Source: Chrysemys picta bellii (lineage: Eukaryota). From it: a stretch of DNA of 64,000 bases. The position numbers and the translations under genes are program-made. The stretch covers positions 355,198,001 through 355,262,000 of the forward strand of contig NC_088791.1 of assembly GCF_011386835.1 (NCBI RefSeq), read 5' to 3'. A model generated the notes under the pieces. It was not told where the DNA came from, ran no database searches, and saw only the letters and a list, made by a program, of their open reading frames with translations. Of the stretch, positions 1 through 10,479 are shown in pieces. Within the stretch, counting starts at the first letter, position 1. Each line of letters begins with the position of its first letter.

Positions 1-760
1 GTTTGAACACATTGACTCGTGTCCCGTTGTCCCACCAGCTGTGGAAAGAAAGAATAACTTTTCTCCATCTTTTTTATGGCAGCCTACTCCAACTCATCAC
101 TTCCGTGTTTATGTATCTAAGGATCACATCATCCCTTTTGGCCACAGGCTCACATTGGGAGCTCACAATGAGTTGGTTTCCCACAGGGACCCCTAAATCC
201 TTTTGCAGGTCCATAATACAGATCCTAGTCTATGGGATGGGCCTGCCTTCCCTGTTCTCAGAGGATAACTTTGCATTTGAAGCATTAAAACATTTTGTTT
301 GCATAGACCCAGCTCACCAAATGCTCCAGATCAATGGGTATGACTGCCCTGGCCTCCTCATTGTAACCACTCTGCCAATCTTTCAGTCATCCGCAAATTT
401 TACCTACAGTGATTTTCTATTTGCTTCCAGATCATTGATGTAAATATCAAATAGGATTCGGTCTAGAATTGGGCCCTGCAGAACACCACCACAAAAACCT
501 CCATTGACCGACTATGGCCCATTGACAGCGGCTTTCTGAGAGCTCTCAGTTAGCCACTTTTTAGACCATTTAACATGTGCTTTACAGATATTGTATAGTG
601 TTCATTTTTATCTGCCTGTTTTCCTCACTAAATCAAATGCCTCAGAGAGACTGAACGTACACTCTCATTAAAGGATGAAATTGGGTTTCTTTGACAAGAA
701 TAGTTTTCCATAAACTGTTTTGTTGATTGGCATTAATTATATTCTTAGACTTTTGTTTGA
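1..760 (-). mobile_element. Ancient CR1 LINE RT remnant upstream of gene 1
   Basis: Reverse strand of ~425-485 translates GVLQGPILDRILFDIYINDL (cf. CR1 VPQGSVLGPxLFNIFINDL); homologous to 6600-7550. Confidence 0.7.
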
Positions 761-774
761 ACTACTCCCCTATC

Positions 775-1580
775 AATTTGTGGATGATACCAAGCTGGGA
801 GGGGTTGCAAGTGCTTTGGAGGATAGGATTAAAAGTCAAAATGATCTGGACAAACTGGAGAAAGGGACTGAAATTAATAGGATGAAAATCAAGAAGGACT
901 AATGCAAAGTACTCCACTTAGGAAGGAGCAATGAGTTGCACACATACAAAATGGGAAATGACTGCCTAGGAAGGAGGACTGCAGAAAGGGATCTAGGGGT
1001 CATAGTGGACCATTAGTTAAATATGAGTCAACAGTGTAATGCTGTTGCAAAAAAAGCAAACATCATTCTGGGATGTATTATCAGCAGCATTGTAAGAAAG
1101 ACAAGAGAAGTATTTTTTCTGCTCGACGCCGTGCTGATTAGGCTTCAACTGGAGTATTGTGTCCAGTGTTGTGAGCCACATTTCAGGAAAGGTGTGGACA
1201 AATTGGAGAAAGTCCTGAGAAGAGCAACAAAAATGATTAAAGGTCTAGAAAACATGACCTATGAGGGAAGATTGAAAGAACTGGGTTTTTGTCTGGAAAG
1301 GAGAAGACTGAGAGGGGACATGATAGCAATTTTCAAGTACCTAAAAGGTTGTTATAAAGAGGAGGGAGAACAATTGTTCTTCTTAACCTCTGAGGATATC
1401 ACAAGAAGCAATGGGCTTAAATTGCAGCAAAGGAGGTTTAGGTTGGACATTAGGAAAAACTTCCTAACTCTCAGGGTGGTTAAGCATTTGAATAAATTGG
1501 CTAGGGAGGTTGTAGAGTCTCCATTATTGGATATTTTTACAAGACGGTTAGACCAACACCTGTCAGGGATGGATCGGTTA
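775..1580 (+). mobile_element. CR1 LINE ORF2 3' fragment, gene-1-specific insertion
   Basis: FVDDTKLGG and MSQQCNAVAKKANIILGCI...[18 protein letters not shown] (ORFs 720-902, 1023-1652). Confidence 0.92.
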
Positions 1581-2651
1581 GCTTGTAACTCTGGTGTTCA
1601 TAACTCTAAGGGTCTCCTGAAGATGCTATTTAACATCCTTCTTGCCTGCTAATAGACTGGAAATTGTTTCATCACCTCAGGAGATATGAGTTCATTATAC
1701 GGCTTCTTTCCAAATGCAGAACAAAACTATTTCTTGAATCATTTCTACCTTTTCTGCAACATTAACAAGTTTCCTTTCTCCACCTAGTAATTGACATAAA
1801 CCTTTTCTAGGATTTCATTTGTTCGTAAAATACTTAATAGTCTCCTTTTGGTGATCCGTAGCTTTGCCAAGCATAGATTTTTTCCTGATGTCATTAATAT
1901 TGCTTATCAAATTTCATAAATTCTGATTTGCATTGCTTGCTATCTATTTTTCCTTTTTCTCATTTGTTATATATTACTCCCCCACTCCCCAGTTGCTGCT
2001 TTTACTTTGCCACAGAACCTGGGTTTTTATCCAAAGTTGTCCACTTTCTTGACTCTGCAATTGTGATTTTTAGCTATCTAGTAAACTCTCCTTAAAGAAA
2101 TCCCAAGTTTCATTCTCATTTTTCTCTCTACATTTTTCCTCTCAGTCAGATTTGCTGATAATTTGCCTCATTTTTGGGGATTAGAACTTTTTGAAGTGTT
2201 AAGTATTGATAGCTATTTCTGCTTGGGAACTGTTCTCGGTCCATTTGAATGAATGAATTCAACGAATCACTTAAATTCTGTCTTTGTCTCTTCTCAAAAC
2301 TAAACAGCCTCAGACTTTTCATTCTGTCCACATATGGCAGCCTCCCCCATTCTCACAGTCTGTCTCAGAAACCCCCTTTCTATCAGCTATATCCTTTATA
2401 GAGACTGGATGACCAAAACTGAATGCATGTCCAGAGCAGGTTATTCTCCATCCTATTACTGAGGCATTTGAACATTGTTTTTGTTTTGACCACTACTGTG
2501 AATGAGCTGGTGTTTCCGTGGAGCTGTTATCAATGACACACAAGTCTCTTCCCTGAGGTCTGTTCTAGTTGGGATGTTTCCCCTGGCACATGTCTTGGCA
2601 AAGCTTTGGTTTTTTTCCCACTCTCATATTTCCAATTCCTGGGTGAATGGG

Positions 2652-2855
2652 AACAGAGAGTCCTGTGGCACCTTTAAGACTAACAGATGTATTGGAGCAT
2701 AAGCTTTCATGGGTGAATGCCCACTTCATGCATCCAACAAAGTGGGCATTCACCCACGAAAGCTTATGCTCCAATACATCTGTTAGTCTTAAAGGTGCTA
2801 CAGGACTCTCTGTTGTTTTTTACAGATCCAGACTAACACGGTTACCCCTCTGATA
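2652..2855. mobile_element. Short Penelope-derived fold-back element
   Basis: 75-bp inverted arms (2652-2726 / 2740-2814, 2 mismatches); Penelope-type end GTTAGTCTTAAAGGTGC...CAGACTAACACGG; 13-bp TSD CTGGGTGAATGGG (2639-2651, 2856-2868). Confidence 0.85.
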
Positions 2856-3153
2856 CTGGGTGAATGGGGAACTCCCTATAGCATGGACTCTCCAGCCTGG
2901 GGTTCATTGCATTAAGGAACAATGAGGTGAAAATATCATTTTTCAGTGTGTGAAGAGTGACCAATCTGCTTTACCTATGAGAACAGCCTCCAGTAGTGCA
3001 TGTAGTGTCTCATATTAACATTGTCTATCCACCCAGGCATTTGTATAGCGACCTTCACCCTAGACCCTGGGCATATAAAGGAAGTCGGGAAACATATGGT
3101 ATATTCAGGAGATACTGTTCTGCCTCAGAGTTGGACACCTTCTCCCCTACTGC

Positions 3154-4101
3154 ATGTCAAATTCTAACACAACCGACTTCACCAACCCTTCCACGTTCAT
3201 CCTGCTGGGCATTCCTGGCCTGGAGATGGCCCATATCTGGATCTCAATCCCCTTCTGCACCATATATGTATTAGCTGTCTTGGGGAACTTCACCATCCTG
3301 TTCATTGTGAAGATAGAGCTGAGCCTCCATGGGCCCATGTACTATTTCCTCTGCATGCTGGCCGTCACCGACCTGGTCCTGTCTACATCTATCCTACCCA
3401 AGACGCTGAGCATCTTCTGGTTTAATTCAAGAGAGATAGATTTCAGTGCCTGCCTCACTCAGATGTACTTTATCCATTGCTTCTCATCGATGGAGTCTGG
3501 GATCTTCGTGGCCATGGCTTTTGATCGCTATGTGGCCATCTGTGATCCCCTGAGACATTCCACCATCCTGACAAACCCTGTGGTGGCCAAGATCATCCTG
3601 GCCGTGGTGCTGCGTGGGAGCATGCTCTCGCTGCCCTCTCTCCTCCTGGTGAGGCAGTGGCAATATTGCAGAACCAATATTATCCCCCACTCGTACTGCG
3701 AGCACATAGCTGTGGTGAAACTGGCCTGCACTGACATCCGCATCAGTAGTTACTACAGCCTCTCTGTGGCATTCTTGGTGACTGGTCTGGATGGTTTTTT
3801 TATCACCATATCCTATATCCAGATCCTCAGGGTCATCTTCAGGCTCCCCACAAAGGATGCCCGGCTTAAGACTTTTGGGACTTGCATCTCCCATCTTTGT
3901 GCCATCTTAACCTTTTACATCCCAAAATTCTTCTCCTCTCTCACACACCGTTTTGGCCACAATGTGCCCCTGCATTTCTTCATTCTCAGTGCCAACGTTT
4001 ATCTTCTGGTGCCCCCATTCCTACATCCCCTCATCTATGGGTTGAGGACCAAAGAGATCCGTGACAGGCTGCTACAGCTCTTCACTCATAAAGGGGTGTA
4101 A
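3154..4101 (+). CDS. Olfactory receptor, class I OR52-like (gene 1), 315 aa, intact
   Basis: Intronless ORF with OR motifs LHGPMYYFL, MAFDRYVAICDPLRH, HSYCEH, KTFGTCISH, HRFG, PPFLHPLIYG and N-terminal NTT sequon. Confidence 0.95.
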   Translation: MSNSNTTDFTNPSTFILLGIPGLEMAHIWISIPFCTIYVLAVLGNFTILFIVKIELSLHGPMYYFLCMLAVTDLVLSTSILPKTLSIFWFNSREIDFSACLTQMYFIHCFSSMESGIFVAMAFDRYVAICDPLRHSTILTNPVVAKIILAVVLRGSMLSLPSLLLVRQWQYCRTNIIPHSYCEHIAVVKLACTDIRISSYYSLSVAFLVTGLDGFFITISYIQILRVIFRLPTKDARLKTFGTCISHLCAILTFYIPKFFSSLTHRFGHNVPLHFFILSANVYLLVPPFLHPLIYGLRTKEIRDRLLQLFTHKGV

Positions 4102-4559
4102 ATGTTTCTCCTGGTGCTCTGGCACTCAGAATGAACTCTGCGCAGAGCTGACTGGTGACTTGGTTCTGTGCCTTCTTCACTGAATTACATACTGGGAAGT
4201 CAAGGAGACATTAAACCCTTTCCTGACCTTACTGTGCTGTGTCAGTTTGACAATGTGGGGAATCAGTATATGTACAACTCACTGGGTTTCCACCTTTCTA
4301 ATTGCTGGTAAATGGACCCCCAAAACCCCTCGTTTTCTGCCAAGACTCCACCCCTGCTTTGCCTCTTCCCCATTAGGCATCACCCCTGTCATTTGATCAT
4401 CTTTTCCCCTCCCCTTGTCACTCACTTGAACATTTCCACCTCCCTCCCCCACTCTCTAACAATCCCAAAGGATCGGAAACATCATCTCCCAGGTCAATGA
4501 ATGTTTCATATATTACCCAAATACATGCTTAGAGCCCCCAGAGTTCTCATCTCCCTTTG

Positions 4560-4880
4560 GGAAGGTCCCTTAATTACTGTTTATTCCTAAAGCTGGATAA
4601 TTAGCTCAGAAGCCCAGACAGGCTTATCTCAAGCCTCTTTACATTCAAATGCTGCTTCTCCCCTAGAGGCCGAGCAAACCCCACTGGGACTTCACAGAGC
4701 TATATTATAAATGGTGAATATCCCCGTGTTGGCTCTTGGCATTGGATGTTGCTATAGATGCTGGGGTGAGAGAGGCGAGGGACACGACTACCTGAGGGGG
4801 ATTCCCAGGGAGGACACTTCCCTTTCAGAATTCACAGGTACCCATCTCTTGCCGAGAAGCTCACCTGCTCAACAAACCCA
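4560..4880 (+). promoter_or_regulatory. Candidate OR promoter / 5' non-coding exon for gene 2 (copies ~17640-17955, ~30770-31090; inverted homolog ~50920-51240)
   Basis: TAATTA at 4571 and 4598, O/E(EBF)-like TCCCCTAGAGG (4659), CCCCACTGGGA (4679), ATTCCCAGGGAG (4801), TATAAA at 4706; block also retained in the diverged inverted paralog. Confidence 0.45.
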
Positions 4881-5499
4881 GGGCAATATGGGAATGATGG
4901 GGTAGAGAGCAAGTCTGTGGTCCTTTCACTGTGATCCTTTCACAGTATCACTGGCCAAAATGTCACTGTTTTCTGTGCACCCCTGCCCGACCCAGCTGAT
5001 GGCCTCCAGCACCAAAGTGGCTGCATTTCATTGGCACAGTGGATCCTTCAGGATGAAAGGTTTTAAGAGATGTACAATACAAGGCCAAATTCTGAGGCTG
5101 GGACACGTACTTTGCTCAGACCTCACTGAGGCAAAACACCCCTTGGAATAAGAACTCAGTAAAGACTTCAGGAACCAGCTGTGTGTTAATGCACTGCCAC
5201 TGTCACTTCCTCTTCCACTTAAAGATCTGGCTGTTAATTGAGGGCTGTTACCTGCTTTTTTATCTTCTGGACAGCATGGAGCTGCTAGGACTCCTCACTG
5301 AACAATTATAAGAATTTTTCAACATGGGTAAGACATATTTTCTCCAAGCTTCATTTGAGAAATTGGCTGAACTGTTATGCCATAACATTTCAAAAGACAA
5401 TTCAGCCAGAAGCAGACACCCGGCCTGGGAAATTTCAGTCCAAACACCTAAAATTTGACAAACTTCCAAGCAACTGAAAATGACGTCTTCTTACTGAGG

Positions 5500-5990
5500 T
5501 GTGTCTTAATCATTGAAGACTAAGGGCTATCCACAGTTCCGCTGTCCTCCTCTTCTTACAGCTAGGAAGTTTTTCCTAAAATTTAATTTAAATCTGGTAT
5601 GGTGGAAGTTTGAAATAATTGCCTCTTGTCCTGTCCTCTGTGGTAAGACAAAACAGCTTTCCTCCACCTCTTTATGGCAGCCTTTCAAGTATTTGAAGAA
5701 GGCTATCACGTCCCACTTAATCTCCTCTTTTCCACACTAAACATAACAAGTTCCTTCCGCCTTTGGTCTTATGGCTTGTATTCCATCCCATTAGTCATCT
5801 TTGTCACTCACCTCTGGATCCTTTCCAGTTTCTATCCATCCTTCCCATACATTGGTGACCATAATTATACACAGTACTCCAGCTGAGGCCAAACCAGTGC
5901 TTCGTAGAGGAATTCTATCATATACTGTGACTTGAATGCTATGTCTCTGCTAATACAACCTAATGTTGCATTTGCCTATTTTGAAACAGC
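5500..5990 (-). mobile_element. CR1 3' fragment (copies ~18575-19065, ~31695-32185, inverted ~49480-49800)
   Basis: MIAFFKYLKGCHKE...RFKLNFRKNFLAVR on minus strand. Confidence 0.85.
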
Positions 5991-6011
5991 AAAAAAATCC
6001 AAACATCAATC

Positions 6012-6190
6012 TAACTCTGGTGTAGACATGAAGACGTAAACTTAAGATTTCTTCCACCCACCTAGCTACCACTTCTCGGGGAGGTGGATTATCTCTGCTG
6101 ATGGAAGAAGCCTTGTCTTTGGTGTAAGTAGTGTCTACAGAGAAGCACTAAGGCAGCGCTGCTATAACATTTTAATTGAAGACAAGCCTT
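6012..6190 (-). mobile_element. MITE-like fragment with GGCTTGTCT../..GTGTAGAC ends (copies ~19090, ~32210, ~49280, ~63725)
   Basis: GTGTAGAC / GTCTACA motifs resembling abundant turtle non-autonomous DNA transposons; family assignment from memory only. Confidence 0.5.
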
Positions 6191-8500
6191 CAGGCAGATT
6201 TTGCAATAAAGCATTTGGTCTGGATCTGCCGACATGGAGAATTGGAGAATCCACCACTTCCCTTGTCAGTTTGTTCCAACGGTTAAGCACCCTCCGTGCT
6301 GAACACTTGGCCATTAATTCCAGCTGAAATTTGTCTGTGTTCAGCTTCCACCCACTGGGCCCTGCTTTGCCTTTCTCCTCTAGATTACAGAGCCCGTTGC
6401 TACCCACGGTTATCTCCCCATGAAAGTGTCTGCTTGATCAGTCTTTTTGATAAATTAAATAGATGAAACCCTTCAAGTCTCTCACGGTCCGGCTTTTTCT
6501 CCAGCCTCCAATCATTTTTGTGGCTCTTTTCGGCACCTTCTCCAATTTTTCTCATCCTTTTAAAGTGCGGACCCCAGAAATGGATGCAATCGGTTTCACC
6601 AATGCCATGTGCAGAGGTAAAATCCTTCCCCTGCTCCAACTCACCACTCCCCTGTTTATACATCCATGGATCATATCAGCCCTTTTGGCCACAGCATGGC
6701 ACTGGGAGCTCACAATGAGTTGGTTTTACACAATGACTTCTAAATCCTGTTCAGCTTCCTTGCATTGTATAATACATTGTCCAAGACTGTGGGTCAGGCT
6801 TGTATTTCCTGTCACGAGAGGATAAGTTTGCATTTGACTGTATTAAAACATTTTTTTTTTTTGCATGGGACACACTTACCAATGCTCCGGATCAATCGGT
6901 ATGCCTTCCCGGTCCTCCTCATTGTCACCACTCTGCCAATCTTTGGGTCATCTGAAAATTTTTCTCTGCAGTGATTTTCTATGTCCTCTCAGATCATTGA
7001 TGAAAATATTGAATAACATTGGTCCTAGAACGGATCCCTGCAAAACCCCACTACAAACAGCCCCATTCACTGAGAATGACCTATTAGCAATTGATTTTTG
7101 CGATCTGTCAGTTCACCAGTTTTAGTGTATTTTATGTGTGCACTACTGATATTGTAGAGGGGGGAGGGATAGCTCAGTGGTTTGAGCAATTGGCCTCCTA
7201 AACCCAGGGTTGTGAGTTCAATCTTTGAGGTGGGCCACTTAGGGATCTGGGGCAAAATCAGTCCTTGGTCCTGCTAGTGAAGGCAGGGGGCTGGGCTCAA
7301 TGACCTTTCAAGGTCCCTTCCAGTTCTAGGAGATAGGGTATCTCCATATATTTATTTATTTAGAGTGTTAATTATTTTATCTCAATGTTTCCCCCAAACA
7401 AATCAAATGCCTTAGAAAAATCAAAGCTTATTGCATCTGCATGGTTCCCTTGATCAGCACAATGTGTACTCTGTTAAAGGGATGAAATCAGGTTTACTTG
7501 ACAAGACCAGGTTTGCCTAAACCCTGTAGTGAATGGCATTACTTATATGATAGAATGTTTTTCTTGAACTAATTCCATACCAGCTTTTCCATATTTCCTA
7601 ACCTTCTCAAAGCTTTTTTTTTAAGCAGTACCTTAATTTTTTTAATGCTTATCAATGTAAAAAGGAATTTCCCTAAATCTTTTCTAGGATTCCTTTTGTT
7701 CTTAACATACTTAATAACCTCCTTTTTGTAATCCTCAACCCTGCCAGCTACAGATTTTCCCCTGATGTCTTCAACGTCCCTTACCAGTTTTCATAACTTC
7801 CGATATTTGTTGTTGGCTATTTTCCCTTTTGCACATTGGTATACATGTATCTTCCCCACTCTAATTCCTGCCTTTACTTTGCAACTGCACCGGCTTTTTA
7901 GCCAAAGGTTTTCACCTTCTTGACTGAGGAAACATGACTTTTTTCGCTATCTAATGATCTCTGTTAAAAAACGCTCTCAATTTTCATTCCCATATTTTGT
8001 CTAATTATTTCCTTCCAATCAGTTTTGATGATAGTTTCCCTCAGCTTTGGGGAATTAGAACTTTAGCAGCACTGTGTGTTTATAGAAACAATAGGTTTGG
8101 TGTTCTCTGTTTGTCCATATGAATATAATCAGATCCATTCCTTATTTTGCTATCTTCTACCATATGCCCCCTTGTTTGTCTCTTCTCTAAACAGATTCAG
8201 ACTTTTCAGTCTGTCCACATACGGCAGCCTCCCCATTCTCATCGCCTGTCTTGGAAATCCCCTATTTATTTGCTATATCCTTTATAGAGACTGGGTGACC
8301 AAAACTGAGCATGTGTCCAGAGCAGGTTTTTCTCCATTCCATTCCTAAGGCATCCAAATATTGTTTTTGTTTTGGCCACTGCTGTGAATGAGAAGGTGTT
8401 TCTCTGGAGCTGCTGTCAATGATGCTGAGGTCTTTTTTCTGAGTTGTTTTCTAGTTGGGGTGTTTCCCCAGCACATGTCTTTGCAAAGGTTTGGGTTTTT
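6190..8500 (-). mobile_element. Ancient CR1 ORF2 remnant, antisense to the OR (copies in each unit and upstream of genes 5 and 6), interrupted by a SINE
   Basis: GWKLNTDKFQLE...RVLNRWNKLTREVVDSP; VLQGSVLGPMLFNIFINDL (ORF 19920-20144 in copy 2). Confidence 0.8.
7160..7360 (+). mobile_element. tRNA-derived turtle SINE with CR1-type tail
   Basis: A box TAGCTCAGTGG, B box GAGTTCAATC, tail GACCTTTCAAGGTCCCTTCCAGTTCTAG, (TATT)n end; TSD TAGAG (7155-7159 / 7361-7365); empty site at ~48260 and ~62715. Confidence 0.92.
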
Positions 8501-8933
8501 TTCTACTCTCATATTTTAAGCAAACAGATGAAAGGGGAACTCCCTACAGCATGGATTCTCTAGCCTAGCTTTCATTGAATTAGGGAACAATGATTGATAG
8601 CCAATATCCACACTCATGTTTCCTGTTGGTGACTCTTAAGGTTTCCCCCACTAAGACGTGCAAGAATTATTGATGCATGGAGCATCATAATATATTGATT
8701 TAGCATAGCAATGTTCAGTTGTTCATAATTCATTTATTTAAATAATGAGAATGTCATTTCTCAGTGTATAAAGAGCAACCAATCTACTTCACCCACAAGA
8801 ACAGCCTCCAGTAGTGCATATAGTGTCTCATATTAACATTGTCTCTCCATCCAGGCATTTGTACTTCAGCCATCACCCTGGACCCTGGGCACATACAGGA
8901 AGTTAGGGGAACCTACGGTGCATGCAGGAGACA

Positions 8934-8947
8934 CCGTTCTGCCTCAG
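8934..8947 (+). other. Candidate splice acceptor TTCTGCCTCAG, 25 nt upstream of the OR ATG
   Basis: YAG after a pyrimidine tract at 3128, 8947, 22024, 35117 and 61958(-); deleted in gene 5. Confidence 0.5.
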
Positions 8948-8972
8948 AGTTGGACACCTTCTCCCCTACTCC

Positions 8973-9920
8973 ATGTCAGATTCCAACACAACCGACTTCA
9001 CCAACCCCTCCACCTTCATCCTGCAGGGCATTCCTGGCCTGGAGATGGCCCATGTCTGGATCTCCATCCCCTTCTGCACCATGTACGCCATAGCTGTCTT
9101 GGGGAACTTTTCCATCCTGTTCATTGTGAAGAGGGAGCAGAGCCTCCATGGGCCCATGTACTATTTCCTCTGCATGCTGGCCATCTCTGACTTGGTCCTG
9201 TCCACGGCCACCGTGCCCAAAATGCTGAGTAACTTCTGGTTTAATTCCAGGGAGATCGATTTCAGTGCCTGCCTCACCCAGATGTACTTCCTTCACTGCT
9301 TCACAGGGATGGAGTCTGGGATCTTAGTGGCCTTAGCTTTGGATCGCTACGTGGCCATCTGCCATCCCCTGAGACATTCCACCATCCTGACAAATTCTGT
9401 TGTGGCCAAGATTGGCCTGGCCGTGGTGCTGCGCGGCGGCATACTTGCATTGCCCTATCCCTTCCTAGTGAGACAGTGGCCATATTGCAGAACCAACATC
9501 ATCCCCCACTCTTACTGTGAGCACATAGCTGTGGTGAAGCTGGCCTGTGCCGACACCCGCCTCAGTAGTTACTACGGCCTCTTTATTCTATCCTCTGTGA
9601 CTGGTCTGGATGTCATTTTTATCACAGTGTCATATATCCAGATCCTCAAGGCCATCTTCAGCCTCCCCACAAAGGATGCTCGGCTCAAGACTTTTGGGAC
9701 CTGCGGCTCCCATCTTTGTGCCATCTTGGTTTTTTACATCCCAGATTTCTTCTCTTCCATTACGCATCGGTTTGGCCATAATGTGCCCCTGCATTTCCTC
9801 ATTCTCATGGCTAATGTGTACCTTTTGGTGCCCCCCTTGTTACACCCCATCATCTATGGTGTGAGGACCAAACAGATCCGGGACAGGTTGCTCCGGCTCT
9901 TTTCTCATAAAGGGACCTAA
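8973..9920 (+). CDS. Olfactory receptor, OR52-like (gene 2), 315 aa from MSDSN (ORF is open from 8922)
   Basis: LHGPMYYFL, ALDRYVAICHPLRH, HSYCEH, KTFGTCGSH, HRFG, PPLLHPIIYG; start placed at Met18 because only that ATG is shared by all six paralogs. Confidence 0.95.
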   Translation: MSDSNTTDFTNPSTFILQGIPGLEMAHVWISIPFCTMYAIAVLGNFSILFIVKREQSLHGPMYYFLCMLAISDLVLSTATVPKMLSNFWFNSREIDFSACLTQMYFLHCFTGMESGILVALALDRYVAICHPLRHSTILTNSVVAKIGLAVVLRGGILALPYPFLVRQWPYCRTNIIPHSYCEHIAVVKLACADTRLSSYYGLFILSSVTGLDVIFITVSYIQILKAIFSLPTKDARLKTFGTCGSHLCAILVFYIPDFFSSITHRFGHNVPLHFLILMANVYLLVPPLLHPIIYGVRTKQIRDRLLRLFSHKGT

Positions 9921-10029
9921 AAGTTTTTCCCTGGTGATATGGCTGTCAGGCGAAGCTCCGTGTAGAGTTGGCTGGTGATATGGTGCTGGGCCCTCTTCCC
10001 TGAATCACTTTCTGGGCAGTCAGAGAGAC

Positions 10030-10035
10030 ATTAAA
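10030..10035 (+). terminator. Candidate polyadenylation signal ATTAAA ~110 nt after the OR stop
   Basis: Same position in all six genes: 4210, 10030, 23107, 36200, 45667-45672(-), 60866-60871(-). Confidence 0.4.
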
Positions 10036-10479
10036 TCCTTTCCTGACCTCATTTTGCTGTGTCAGCATGATAAACTGGGGAATCAGTCTATGTACAATTC
10101 AGTGGGTTGCCAGCTTTTTCATTTCTGGAAGCTGGACCCCCAGCACCACAACCCTTAGACTGACGCTTCTGCCAAGTCTCTGCACCTGCTGTATCTCTTC
10201 CCTGCAACCCCCCCACCTCTGTCCCTTACTCCTCTCTTCCCCTCCCCTTATTAGTTGCTGGATCATTTTAATCTCCTTTCCCCTAAACACCAACTGCAAT
10301 CGAGCCATTTCAAAGTTTGATTGGGATGGCTACTTTAACACATGATTCCCGGGGCTACTTAGACTATTGAAAACTCTAGTTTTTTGGCATATAACCTAGC
10401 AATTATCTGACAGGAGCACTGTATCTAATTCCTGTATATAAGAAAGAAAATTAAATATTATACCCACTCAACTCTAATA

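Noticed and set aside
5040-5490. Possible ancient amniote repeats downstream of the promoter block
   Set aside because: Resemblance is from memory only, with no diagnostic ends; needs a Dfam search.
7160-7240. tRNA genes at 7160, 20234, 33343, 41959
   Set aside because: A and B boxes are present but followed by a CR1-like tail, simple-repeat end and TSD: these are SINEs.
8922-8972. 332-aa and 353-aa long forms of the ORs as true proteins
   Set aside because: The upstream ATG is mutated in gene 1, deleted in gene 5 and followed by an in-frame stop in gene 6; only MSxSN is shared.
8966-9483. Antisense and alternative-frame ORFs over the ORs (e.g. 3484-3894, 8976-9296, 46393-46713, 61609-61929)
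   Set aside because: They recur only because they are shadows of OR codon usage; lengths vary and no independent motifs are present.
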